Below are positions 50,804-59,881 of a stretch of DNA of 64,000 nucleotides, piece after piece; the stretch's first letter is position 1, and every line of letters starts with the position of its first letter. Under the pieces are notes generated by a model, which ran no database searches, was not told the DNA's origin, and saw only the letters and a program-made list of their open reading frames with translations. The translations under genes were made by a program, and so were the position numbers. Source of the DNA: an uncultured Planctomycetia bacterium (GTDB taxonomy: Bacteria > Planctomycetota > Planctomycetia > Pirellulales > Thermoguttaceae); contig CAVRAR010000014.1 of the NCBI GenBank assembly GCA_963719005.1, forward strand, positions 1,392,901 through 1,456,900, written 5' to 3'.

Positions 50804-51898
50804 CTATACCGCGTCCCGCCCGTAGCGTTCCGCGATCTGCACGTGCAACTCCTTGATCGCGTCGGCGCAATCCGCGCGGCATACAAGCGTGGCGTCGGGC
50901 GTGTGCACGATCAACAGGTCCTCACAGCCGATCGTGGCGATCAGATGATTGGGATCGCTCGAAGCCGCCAAGGTGCGGTGCGTGTCCAACAACAGCGTCC
51001 GCTCGGCCGCCAAGGCATTGCCCTGCTCGTCGTGCGGGCATGTCTCGGCGAACGCGGGCCACGAGCCGACGTCGAGCCAGCGGAGCGGCATCGGAATCGC
51101 CGCCACCGTGACCGCCGCATCGCGCGACGCCGGCTCCATTACGGCATAATCTACGCTGATCTTCTTGAGCGACGGGTAGACTTCTTCGAGAACCGCCTGA
51201 CGGCCGGCGCCGTCCCAGGCGTCGGCGATTCGCATCAAGCCCGCGTAATTCTCCGACGCGTAGCGGCGAATGCAATTCAGCAACGTGTCGGCCGGCCAAA
51301 CGAACATCCCGCTGTTCCACAAGAATCGCTCCGGTCCAGCGACGAAATATTGACGGGCCGTGTCGAGATCGGGCTTTTCGCGGAACTGCCGCAGACGCCG
51401 GGCCGAAGCGTCAAACACTTCGCCGAGTTCCAGATAGCCGTAGCCGGTGGCCGGGCCCGTCGGCGCGATGCCAAATGTGAGCAGGGTTTCAGGATTTCGC
51501 TCGACGATGGCATATCCGCCATCGACGATCGCGCGGAATTGATCGACCGGCTCGATGACGTGGTCGGCCGTGAAGACGCCGATGACCGCCTCGGGGTCGC
51601 GGCGAGCGAGGACGGCGGCGCTGAATCCGACGGCGTTGAGCGTGTCGCGCCCGCACGGCTCGCCGAGAAATTGCCCAGGGCCAAGTCGGGGCAGGGCCCT
51701 GGCGATCGCGCCGGCGTGCATTTGTCCGGCGCAAACGAAGCACCGCTCCGCCGGCAGCAGTCCTTCCAGCCGCCCGACGGCAATCTCCAACAGACTTCGC
51801 CCGCCGACCAGCGGAATCAATTGTTTCGGCTGCGCCGCTCGGCTCATGGGCCAAAGTCGCGTGCCCGAGCCGCCGGCGATGATTACGGCATATCGCAT
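50804..51898 (-). CDS. manC: mannose-1-phosphate guanylyltransferase
   Basis: ..AVIIAGGSGTRLWPMSR..PKQL.. NTP-transferase signature. 364 aa. Confidence 0.85.
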   Translation of the reverse strand: MRYAVIIAGGSGTRLWPMSRAAQPKQLIPLVGGRSLLEIAVGRLEGLLPAERCFVCAGQMHAGAIARALPRLGPGQFLGEPCGRDTLNAVGFSAAVLARRDPEAVIGVFTADHVIEPVDQFRAIVDGGYAIVERNPETLLTFGIAPTGPATGYGYLELGEVFDASARRLRQFREKPDLDTARQYFVAGPERFLWNSGMFVWPADTLLNCIRRYASENYAGLMRIADAWDGAGRQAVLEEVYPSLKKISVDYAVMEPASRDAAVTVAAIPMPLRWLDVGSWPAFAETCPHDEQGNALAAERTLLLDTHRTLAASSDPNHLIATIGCEDLLIVHTPDATLVCRADCADAIKELHVQIAERYGRDAV

Positions 51899-52298
51899 GG
51901 AAATCCTCGATTTAAGTTTTCACAGCACGAGCAGGGCGGTTGTATCAGGCCAGGCGTTGGTTCACGCAACGTTTTGGCAACCGGTTTTCGTGCCCCAAGA
52001 ATCTAACCGCCCGTGTACCAGCCGACAAGCGGTCATGGTTGCCTGCCTCCGATCAAAAACTGGCACTGCTGGTCCAGACATGCCCATTTGCGCAATAAGA
52101 TGCAAGATTCCTTGGAAACCTCAGGGCTGCGATGCTGTTGCAGCAGCACCATCGTGTCCCCCCAACAAAGACTGTTGCCTAATTCGAGGCAGGCCGATAC
52201 CATGAGGTGGTTCTTCGTCCGCGTGCGGAGGTTATTGGAGCGTGAGAAGCGCAATGGCAAGGGGATTTAGAACCACCCGATGGATGTAGGAGACAGAT

Positions 52299-52781
52299 AT
52301 GGACGCCTTTCTCCATGATCAAGATGAGTTTTCTTCGCTCGGACTGGTTTTCTTCGCCAATGGGTTCGTTCGGTTACTCGATGAGTACGCGACCACCGGA
52401 ATACGACCGGCGACTTTATCGGCTGATTGCGACAAGGCGATCACCGCCCTCGAGAAGCCGCAGGAAAAGACCGCCAGCGTTGGTCCATTTTCCGGGTTGC
52501 TCAGTAGCGCCGATGAAATAACAATCCTGGCTGCGACGACCGAGCGGCTTTACGGAGTGCGAACCACCGAAGCTGCAACGAGTGCGCTTGACCGGATCCA
52601 GAAAGCCGTTGGGACAATTAAGACCCAAAAGGATTTTACCGAACACCTGAGAGAAAGAATCAACGACGTAGTACGGTTTTTTGAGTGCCTGGCTGAAGAG
52701 GGGCTCGCCAACTGTCAGCGGCGCGCCCTTGGAGACATGACGGAAGCCGAGCGCATATGGCAGCATTACGCGATGACCTAG
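52299..52781 (+). CDS. hypothetical protein, low-GC island
   Basis: ORF with plausible composition and about 53% GC. No recognisable domain. Confidence 0.3.
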   Translation: MDAFLHDQDEFSSLGLVFFANGFVRLLDEYATTGIRPATLSADCDKAITALEKPQEKTASVGPFSGLLSSADEITILAATTERLYGVRTTEAATSALDRIQKAVGTIKTQKDFTEHLRERINDVVRFFECLAEEGLANCQRRALGDMTEAERIWQHYAMT

Positions 52782-53080
52782 CAACTGAAAGCACGGCCCT
52801 CCTCTCGATCGTTAGCCACGTAAAGGGTTTTCTTGACGACCGCCGCTCGGAAAAGAACTACCTTTTCGAGACGGACGAGTTCTTTGTGTACGTGAACGAG
52901 GCCCTTGAGGCTATTCGCAACTTCACGAAGGAAGTTGTTGCATGCAAGTCCTCCGTGCGCCGGTCCACATACCTCAAGGATCTCGCTGGATTGAAGATGG
53001 TTCTTGGCCCTCTCTGCCGTTTGGTGCGTCAAGTGTCGGACGCAGACATGCTTACGGTGCCATTTCCAATCTGTCTTGAA
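52757..53080 (+). CDS. hypothetical protein, 3' end probably interrupted by IS insertion
   Basis: Overlaps the previous ORF by 25 nt. The reading frame runs into the IS left end near 53075. Confidence 0.25.
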
Positions 53081-53144
53081 CCAATTGGAAATGGAAATTC
53101 TCGGTCGCCTGGGTTAGAATCTTCCCCCAGACGAGGAGAATTTC

Positions 53145-53495
53145 ATGAGTGGACAACGACGACATTTCGGCACGGACCAGAAGGCTGCCATTCTCAAGAG
53201 GTATCTGGTCGATAAAGTGCCCATCTCGGACCTCTGCGACGAGTACGGGATCAAGCCGAACCAAATCTACGCCTGGCAGAAAATCCTGTTCGATAACGCT
53301 CCGGCCGCCTTTCACCCGGTCGCCAAACGCGAAGCCAAGAGGCTTTCCGCCCAGGAGGAGGAAGTCGCCCGACTGCGGGCCAAGCTCGTTCAGAAGAACG
53401 AGGTCATCTCCGAGTTGATGGAGGAGAACGTCCGCGCAAAAAAGAGAATGGGGAACTCTAAACGGACGTTGGGTTCCCCACGACACTCGCGATGA
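53145..53495 (+). CDS. IS3-family transposase OrfA (HTH)
   Basis: ..QKAAILKRYLVDKVPISDLCDEYGIKPNQIYAWQK.. then a leucine-zipper-like ..EEEVARLRAKLVQKNEVISELMEEN.. and RAKKR at the slippery site. Confidence 0.8.
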   Translation: MSGQRRHFGTDQKAAILKRYLVDKVPISDLCDEYGIKPNQIYAWQKILFDNAPAAFHPVAKREAKRLSAQEEEVARLRAKLVQKNEVISELMEENVRAKKRMGNSKRTLGSPRHSR

Positions 53496-53496
53496 A

Positions 53497-54432
53497 GTGG
53501 TCGATTACGTGCGGCGTTGGAACGAGCGCACGGAGATTCCCGCCAGAAAGTTCGTGGCTTGGCTCGGCATTGGTCAAAGCAAGTTCCACGATTGGAAGGA
53601 TCGCTACGGCAAGCGGAACGAACACAACGGTTGGGTGCCGCGTGACTGGTGGCTCGAAGATTGGGAGAAGCAGGCCATCATCCGCTTCTCCTTCGAGTAT
53701 CCACTGGAAGGCTACCGACGATTGGCGTTCATGATGCTCGACCGCGACGTGGTGGCCGTCAGTCCGTCGAGCGTATATCGCGTGTTGAAAACGGCGGGCC
53801 GCATCGGACGATCGACGAACAAGCCATCGAAGAAAGGCACGGGCTTCCAACAGCCGCAAAAACCCCATGAACACTGGCATATCGACATCAGCTACCTCAA
53901 CATCCACGGCACGTTTTACTACCTGACGACGATCCTCGACGGCTACAGCCGCTACACCGTGCATTGGGAGATTCGCCGCTCGATGACCGAGCAAGATGAA
54001 CTGACGATCCTGCAACGCGCGCGGGAGAAGTTCCCCAAGGAGACGCCGCGGATCATCAGCGACAATGGGTCGCAGTTTTTGGCGAAGGACTTCAAAGAGT
54101 TCATTCGCATCTGCGGGATGACGCACGTGCGCACCAGCCCGTACTATCCGCAGAGCAACGGCAAACTGGAGCGATTTCACGGGAGCATCAAGGGCGAGTG
54201 CCTGCGGCCGGGCACGCCGATCTCGCTGGAGGATGCCATCCGCATTGTGGCTCGTTACGTGGAGCACTACAACGAGGTGCGATTGCACAGCGCGATTGGC
54301 TATGTGGCGCCGGCGGACAAATTGGCGGGCCGTGAGGCGGAGATCTTCGCAGCCCGCGATCGCAAACTGACGGAGGCCCGCGAGCGTAGAAAGGAGCAGC
54401 GAGAGGCGGCCCGTTTGCGGACGGTTGCCTGA
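53497..54432 (+). CDS. IS3-family transposase OrfB (DDE integrase core)
   Basis: ..HWHIDISYL.., ..ISDNGSQF.., ..YYPQSNGKLERFHGSIK.. (D, D, E with the K/R signature). Confidence 0.85.
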   Translation: MVDYVRRWNERTEIPARKFVAWLGIGQSKFHDWKDRYGKRNEHNGWVPRDWWLEDWEKQAIIRFSFEYPLEGYRRLAFMMLDRDVVAVSPSSVYRVLKTAGRIGRSTNKPSKKGTGFQQPQKPHEHWHIDISYLNIHGTFYYLTTILDGYSRYTVHWEIRRSMTEQDELTILQRAREKFPKETPRIISDNGSQFLAKDFKEFIRICGMTHVRTSPYYPQSNGKLERFHGSIKGECLRPGTPISLEDAIRIVARYVEHYNEVRLHSAIGYVAPADKLAGREAEIFAARDRKLTEARERRKEQREAARLRTVA

Positions 54433-54732
54433 TCGAAAGAAGGACGTTACGATGAGAGACGACCTGGGCGGAGGATAGGGCTCCGGTGGGAACCGACCCG
54501 AGCGCCGCCCCAGGGGTTGTGAGCGAGGTCCGGGCGGTGGTTCTGCTGCCGCCCACCTCCCTCGCTTACAACACCAAAGCGAAAAATCCAAGCACTACCA
54601 ACCAACTTCAACACCCGGACGATCCTAGCAAGCCAATCGAAGTTTCCATTTCACGCTGAACCAAGACAGCATGACCTGGATACGAAAATTCGCAACATAA
54701 CCACAAAGGCGTTCTTATTTGATGCATCTGCG

Positions 54733-55452
54733 ATGCAGCAGCGAGCACGCCGAGTTGTCTTGTCGTGGTGTGAAGAGATATTTGCGGATCTGCTTGCGAC
54801 GAGTCTCGTTGGTCCGAGCTACGCGATTGCATTTGACCGCTTGGTTCGTCTCACAGTTGCGCATTCCGACGTACATATGCGTTTCTCGGACATCCACCCC
54901 GCGAACCATTTCCGACGGACACAAATTGCCCAATTCCTGGATGAACAAGGCTGGTTTGCGGCAATTGATAGAGCAGACACGGCGAGAGCAAATGTAGATT
55001 TCGTCGCCGACATGAATACACTTAGGACGACCGGTGAGGTACCGGAGTACAAATTTCCGCTCGACAATTCGGCCTTGGCAAAGGTGTTTGTGGAGGCGTT
55101 CATTTCGCTCGTGCCACGGGTAGTCAGTGCTGTGAAGTCAATTACCGTCCATTTACCGCGGCAGATCGACGATTTTCTTCGGTATTATGGTGAGATAACA
55201 GAGAGCCTATTCCATCTCGTTGTTCCGAACGTCGTTTACGACCCAAAGTCTCATTCCATTTCTCCATCACCCGTTACTACGCTCATCTGCGGGAGTCTAG
55301 TGCTCAACCAGGATCTGGACAGCGTGTTTGCTCTTTGCGGACGCGACATGAACAACATTGAGGATCGACTTTGGGTGGAGAACCGGATTAATCGTCTTGT
55401 AATGAAGGCAATGGAAGATGCCATGGTGCTCGAAAAGTGGTGGCAAGTATGA
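54733..55452 (+). CDS. hypothetical protein, upstream partner of the dCTP-deaminase-like gene
   Basis: 239 aa, about 50% GC. Stop overlaps the downstream start (ATGA). No recognisable domain. Confidence 0.4.
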   Translation: MQQRARRVVLSWCEEIFADLLATSLVGPSYAIAFDRLVRLTVAHSDVHMRFSDIHPANHFRRTQIAQFLDEQGWFAAIDRADTARANVDFVADMNTLRTTGEVPEYKFPLDNSALAKVFVEAFISLVPRVVSAVKSITVHLPRQIDDFLRYYGEITESLFHLVVPNVVYDPKSHSISPSPVTTLICGSLVLNQDLDSVFALCGRDMNNIEDRLWVENRINRLVMKAMEDAMVLEKWWQV

Positions 55453-56108
55453 GCGTTCTCGATACGGACAGAATCCGTGAGCTTCTCCGCCTGCCGATCA
55501 GTGACCCGCATTCGTTACGCGTTACCCCGCTCCTGAGTCCAGATGATCAGGTAAAGGATGATGCGGTCGATATCCGGCTTGGCAGTTGTTTCTTGGTGCC
55601 TCGCAGTGAGAAACGCAGCACGTTTGTTCCTGGCAAAACGCCCGGGCAGGATGTGGCTCATCGACTCCACTTGTCCCCAGGGCGAGAGCTTATCTTGCCA
55701 GGGAAAGGTGTGGTTCTAGCGAGCACCTTCGAGTATATCAAGATGCCGGTGCATGTGTCAGCCCAGGTATTGCCCCGTTCCTCCATTGGCCGAATTTTCG
55801 TGACGACCGCGACCGCGACATTGGTTCACCCCTTGTACCGGGGCTGCTTGACTTTGGAGATTGTCAACTTAGGCAACGCGTCTGTCGAGCTACGGATACT
55901 ATCACGCATCGCCCAGTTGCAGTTTAGCGAAACTGGTATCAGGTCTATCGCCACGGACGGTGGTACACGGCCGGTGGCACCTGAGGACAAAGTCGCCGGT
56001 CGGTACGCAGCGGCAGTCGAACCGGAGTTTTCGGACTTTGCAGGTGACTCGTCAGAATACGCGAAGCTGCTGGCATTCCTTCCCGATACCCGTGACCAGG
56101 ACACGTAG
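55449..56108 (+). CDS. dCTP deaminase (Dcd/dUTPase-fold) family protein
   Basis: ..AVDIRLGSCF.. (VDVRLG), ..SPGRELIL.. (HPGEL), ..SSIGRIFVTTATATLVHPLYRGCLTLEIVNLGN.. aligns with the Dcd block [33 protein letters not shown]. Confidence 0.65.
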   Translation: MSVLDTDRIRELLRLPISDPHSLRVTPLLSPDDQVKDDAVDIRLGSCFLVPRSEKRSTFVPGKTPGQDVAHRLHLSPGRELILPGKGVVLASTFEYIKMPVHVSAQVLPRSSIGRIFVTTATATLVHPLYRGCLTLEIVNLGNASVELRILSRIAQLQFSETGIRSIATDGGTRPVAPEDKVAGRYAAAVEPEFSDFAGDSSEYAKLLAFLPDTRDQDT

Positions 56109-56230
56109 ATGGCCATCGGTCGTCCGGCGTTCTTGCGCCGCATGTTGTCGTTCGGTATGGTGCCACGCTCCGACTATTATGGTGTAGATCGGTTGTCAGC
56201 CAGCAAAACCCAAACGACTGCCGCAACAGT

Positions 56231-57345
56231 TCATCGGGTTTCTCCCTGCGTCCTCCATTCTCCGTTCTTCCCATCTCGTAGCACTCGCCGATAGAGCGAA
56301 TCCCGCTCGACCGGCTCGCGGCCGGCTTCAACGATGAGGGATTGCAGCTCCTCGACGCCCAATTTCTCGGGCGACGTGGCGCCGGCGTCGTGATGGATGC
56401 GTTCGCGGCGGACCGTGCCGTCGAGGTCGTCGGCGCCGTAGGCCAGCGCCGTCTGGGCCGTACCCACTCCCAGCGAAATCCAATACGCTTTGATATGATC
56501 GAAATTGTCGAGCATCAAACGGCTGACCGCCGTCACCCGCAAATCCTCCAAGGCCGAAACGCGTCGCAGGTACGACAGGGCGGTGTTCTGGGGATGAAAC
56601 GCCAGCGGCACGAACGCCTGGAAACCGCCGGTCGCGTCCTGCAGCTGTCGCAACCGCACCAGGTGCTCGACGCGATGCTCGATGCTCTCGATATGGCCGT
56701 AGAGCATCGAGGCGTTGCTGCGAAGCCCCAGTTCGTGGGCGGTTCGGTGGATGTCGAGCCAAGCCTTGGCGTCGGCCTTCCGCGGACAGATTTGCGTGCG
56801 AACCTCGGCGTCGAAGATCTCGGCCCCGCCGCCGGGCAAACTGCCGAGCCCTGCCGCGGTCAATTCTTCGAGTATCGCTCGCACCGGCCGCTTGGTCATG
56901 TGCACAAAGTGGTCGATCTCGACCGCCGTCCAAGCCTTCAGGTGCAGGCGGGGAAAGGCCGCGTGCAAATCGCGAATAATTCCCACGTACCAGTCGAACG
57001 TTTTCGACGGATGCACGCCGCTGACGATATGGATCTCGGTGCATCCGGCGTCGCCCGCTTCCTTCTCGCAGGCCAGGATTGTGTCGCGATCCATCGTATA
57101 GCACAAAGGCGAGTCCTCGTCGCAACTATAGGCGCACAGCGCGCAGCGAAAGATGCAGGCGTTCGTGGGGTTGATGTGCAGATTGAGATTGTAGTACGCC
57201 ACGTCGCCGTTCTTGCGGCGTCGCACCAGATCGGCCAGCTCGCCGACCTCGTGCAAATCGGCTTCCGGCGAGAAGAGAAACTCGCCGTCGGCCGCCGAGA
57301 GGCGCTCGCCAGCTTCGACTTTCTTGCGTATCTGATCCAACATGG
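56231..57345 (-). CDS. radical SAM enzyme of the futalosine pathway (MqnC/MqnE family)
   Basis: CxxxCxxC cluster ..NACIFRCALCAY.. and the downstream ..HIVSGVHP.. / ..YGHIESIEHRVEHL.. typical of MqnC/MqnE. Cannot separate MqnC from MqnE by eye. Confidence 0.75.
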
Positions 57346-57378
57346 GAATCGGCTGCGAAGCCGCAGGCGGATTTGTTG

Positions 57379-58263
57379 TTATCCACGAACGAACAGATCC
57401 ACGACGCCAATCGCCAACAATCCGAGACTCACAACCGCGTTGACGTGAAAAAACGCCCGGTTGACGCGGCTCAGGTCGTCGGGACGGACGAGCCAATGCT
57501 CGTAGGCCAACAGCAGGCCGATGGCCGCCACGCCCGCCAGGTAAATCCAGCCGAACCCATCGTACACCGCCGGCAGGAGAAACAACAAGACCACCGTGCC
57601 GAAATGACATGCCGCCGCCAGCCGCAGCGCCGCGGCCACGCCGAATCGGGCGGGCAAGCTGCGAAGCCGCATCTTCACGTCGAAGTCATAGTCCTGGCAG
57701 GCGTAGATCACGTCGAAGCCGGCGACCCAGAGCATGACCGCCGCCCCCAGCACAACCGGCGCCCAGGCCAATTCCGCCCGAATCGCCACCCAAGCCGCCA
57801 GCGGGGCCAACATCAGCGCCGTACCCAGCCAGAAATGCGACAGCACCGTGAACCGCTTGGCAAAGCTGTATCCGAACAGAAACGCCAACACCGGCAGCGA
57901 CGCGAGAAGCGGAATCGGGTTGCGCGGCAGAAACAGAAGCGTGGACGCCACAAAACCCAGGGAGCACAACGCCGTAAACAGCGCGACGCTGCCGGTGGAA
58001 ACAACGCCCCTGGGCAAGTGCCGCATTTGCGTTCGCGGATTCAGCGCATCGAGCCGCCGGTCGGCCAGCCGGTTGAAGGCCATCGCCGCGCTGCGGGCGA
58101 AGACCATACACGCCAAGATTCCCAACAAATCGAGCCAGCGAAACGCCAGCGGCGGGTCGGATCGCAAGTTGGCCGCCCACGCCATCGCCGCCGCCAACAG
58201 CGCAAACGGCAATGCAAAGACCGTGTGGCTGAACCGGATCAGTTCGAGCAAGTGGCGAAGCAT
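57379..58263 (-). CDS. UbiA-family prenyltransferase (MqnP/MenA-like)
   Basis: Polytopic membrane protein with ..ARSAAMAFNRLADRRLD.. (NxxxDxxxD-like) and a second Asp-rich ..DVIYACQDYDFD... Confidence 0.75.
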   Translation of the reverse strand: MLRHLLELIRFSHTVFALPFALLAAAMAWAANLRSDPPLAFRWLDLLGILACMVFARSAAMAFNRLADRRLDALNPRTQMRHLPRGVVSTGSVALFTALCSLGFVASTLLFLPRNPIPLLASLPVLAFLFGYSFAKRFTVLSHFWLGTALMLAPLAAWVAIRAELAWAPVVLGAAVMLWVAGFDVIYACQDYDFDVKMRLRSLPARFGVAAALRLAAACHFGTVVLLFLLPAVYDGFGWIYLAGVAAIGLLLAYEHWLVRPDDLSRVNRAFFHVNAVVSLGLLAIGVVDLFVRG

Positions 58264-58344
58264 GGGGGAGCGGAGTGTCCCGAGTTGCGAAGCCGCAAGC
58301 AGCCGAGAGTTGCGAAACCGCAAGCGGTGGAGTTCTTGGAATCC

Positions 58345-59076
58345 TTAATCCCGCATCTCTAATCCTTCATCTCTTATTCCCAGTCTCTTATTCTCACCCC
58401 ATCGCTCAACTAACGCATTCGCGATCCCCAATTGATCGCAGATCCGTGAAACGACGAAATCCACGAGATCGCCGATGAGTTTCACGCCGTGATAGAACGC
58501 GGGCATGGCTGGCAGGATCACCGCGCCCGACTCGGCGGCGGCGGTCATGTTGCGAAGCTGCACCAGCGACAGCGGCGTTTCGCGCGGCACGAGGATCAGC
58601 CGCCGCCGCTCCTTCAAGTGCACCTCGGCGGCGCGATGAATCAGGTTGATGCTCGTGCCGTTGGCGATTGCGCTGAGCGTGCCGCCGGTGCATGGGCAAA
58701 CGACCATGCCGTCGGTCAGGAACGAGCCGCTGGCGACCGGGGCGAGGCAGTCGCCGAAGTGATGGTAGTGGAGCGTGCCCGGCTCGCCCGCCCCCATGCC
58801 GAGCACGTTGCTCGAATCGCCGGAGATTCCGGCCATCGTTCCCAGGGCTTGCAGTTTGGGATCGCGGAGGGTTTCGCCGGCATCGAGCATCAGCATGGCG
58901 GGCGTAAAACTGTCCAGATCGACAATGAGGCCGAGCTCCTGTTTAAGCACAACCTGGCCGGCGGCGCTGATGGTCAAGTGGACGTCGCACCCGGCGGCCA
59001 GCAGCACTTCCAGCAGCCGCACCGAGTACGCCACGCCGCTCGCGCCGGTAATCGCCACGACAATGGTGCGTTTCAT
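58345..59076 (-). CDS. ubiX: UbiX-family flavin prenyltransferase (MqnL-like)
   Basis: ..IVVAITGASGVAYSVRLLEVL.. flavoprotein fold. 244 aa. Confidence 0.85.
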   Translation of the reverse strand: MKRTIVVAITGASGVAYSVRLLEVLLAAGCDVHLTISAAGQVVLKQELGLIVDLDSFTPAMLMLDAGETLRDPKLQALGTMAGISGDSSNVLGMGAGEPGTLHYHHFGDCLAPVASGSFLTDGMVVCPCTGGTLSAIANGTSINLIHRAAEVHLKERRRLILVPRETPLSLVQLRNMTAAAESGAVILPAMPAFYHGVKLIGDLVDFVVSRICDQLGIANALVERWGENKRLGIRDEGLEMRD

Positions 59077-59077
59077 G

Positions 59078-59168
59078 GGAATGATGAATGATGAAAGGTG
59101 AATGATGAATGCTGAATGATGAAGATCGCGAATGCTGGCATTCATTATTCAGCATTCATCATTCACAC
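59078..59168. repeat. AT-rich palindromic element family E (GAATGATGAATGATGAA..TTCATTATTCAGCATTCATCATTCA)
   Basis: Intergenic between ubiX and ubiE homologs on the same strand. Near copy of 13195-13288. Confidence 0.7.
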
Positions 59169-59881
59169 TTCTTTCCACAATACAGCGTTGCCACTCCAAA
59201 CGTAAACGGCCAATACTGTACCTCTTCCAGTCCCGCCGCCCGCATCCGCTCGGCCAGCGCTTCGCCCTGGGGGAAGCGGCCGACGCTCTGCGGGAGATAA
59301 TTGTAAGCGGCCTGACGGTTTCGAGCCAGGGCCTGGCCAATGCGGGGCAAAACGTGCTGGAAATACCAGCCGTACATCGCCCCCAGCGGCCAGGCGGCGG
59401 GCGTCGAGAACTCCAGCACCGCCGCTCGTCCACCGGGCAGGCACACGCGGACCATTTCCCGTAGCCCGGCGTCGCTGTCGGCCAGGTTGCGTAAACCGAA
59501 CGCTACGGAGACGATCTGAAACGTGTCGTTGGGAAACGGCAGGCGGAGCGTGTCGGCTTCCAACAGCGTAATGCCCGACTCCCCCAGCGCGCCCCCGCGG
59601 CGGCATTTTTCCCGGGCGATCGCCAGCATCGGCTGGCAGAAATCGGTGCCGATGACGGGCACACTGCCCTTCGACGCCTTCCAGTACGCCAACGCCAAAT
59701 CCGCGGTGCCGGTGCAGACGTCGAGGATCGGGGCGTCGCCCACCGGCGGCACGAGTTCCACCGTTTTCCGCCGCCACGAGCGATCGATGCCCAGCGACAG
59801 CAGCCGATTCAAGAAATCGTACCGCCCGGCGATCTGGCCGAACATTTCCTGGATTCGGGCGGCGGATTTGTCGAGCGTCAT
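59159..59881 (-). CDS. ubiE: demethylmenaquinone/ubiquinone C-methyltransferase
   Basis: ..ARIQEMFGQIAGRYDFLNRLLSLGIDRSWRR.. UbiE/MenG N-terminal signature and SAM motif ..ILDVCTGTADLA... Confidence 0.85.
   Translation of the reverse strand: MTLDKSAARIQEMFGQIAGRYDFLNRLLSLGIDRSWRRKTVELVPPVGDAPILDVCTGTADLALAYWKASKGSVPVIGTDFCQPMLAIAREKCRRGGALGESGITLLEADTLRLPFPNDTFQIVSVAFGLRNLADSDAGLREMVRVCLPGGRAAVLEFSTPAAWPLGAMYGWYFQHVLPRIGQALARNRQAAYNYLPQSVGRFPQGEALAERMRAAGLEEVQYWPFTFGVATLYCGKKCE

Larger units (their letters stand above)
53070..54680 (+). mobile_element. IS3-family insertion sequence (orfA + orfB), boundaries approximate
   Basis: orfA HTH protein and orfB DDE integrase. A6G slippery heptamer at 53438-53444. 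Imperfect terminal inverted repeats (left ..TGAACCAATTGGAAATGGAAATTCTCG.., right ..CGAAGTTTCCATTTCACGCTGAACCA..). Confidence 0.5.
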
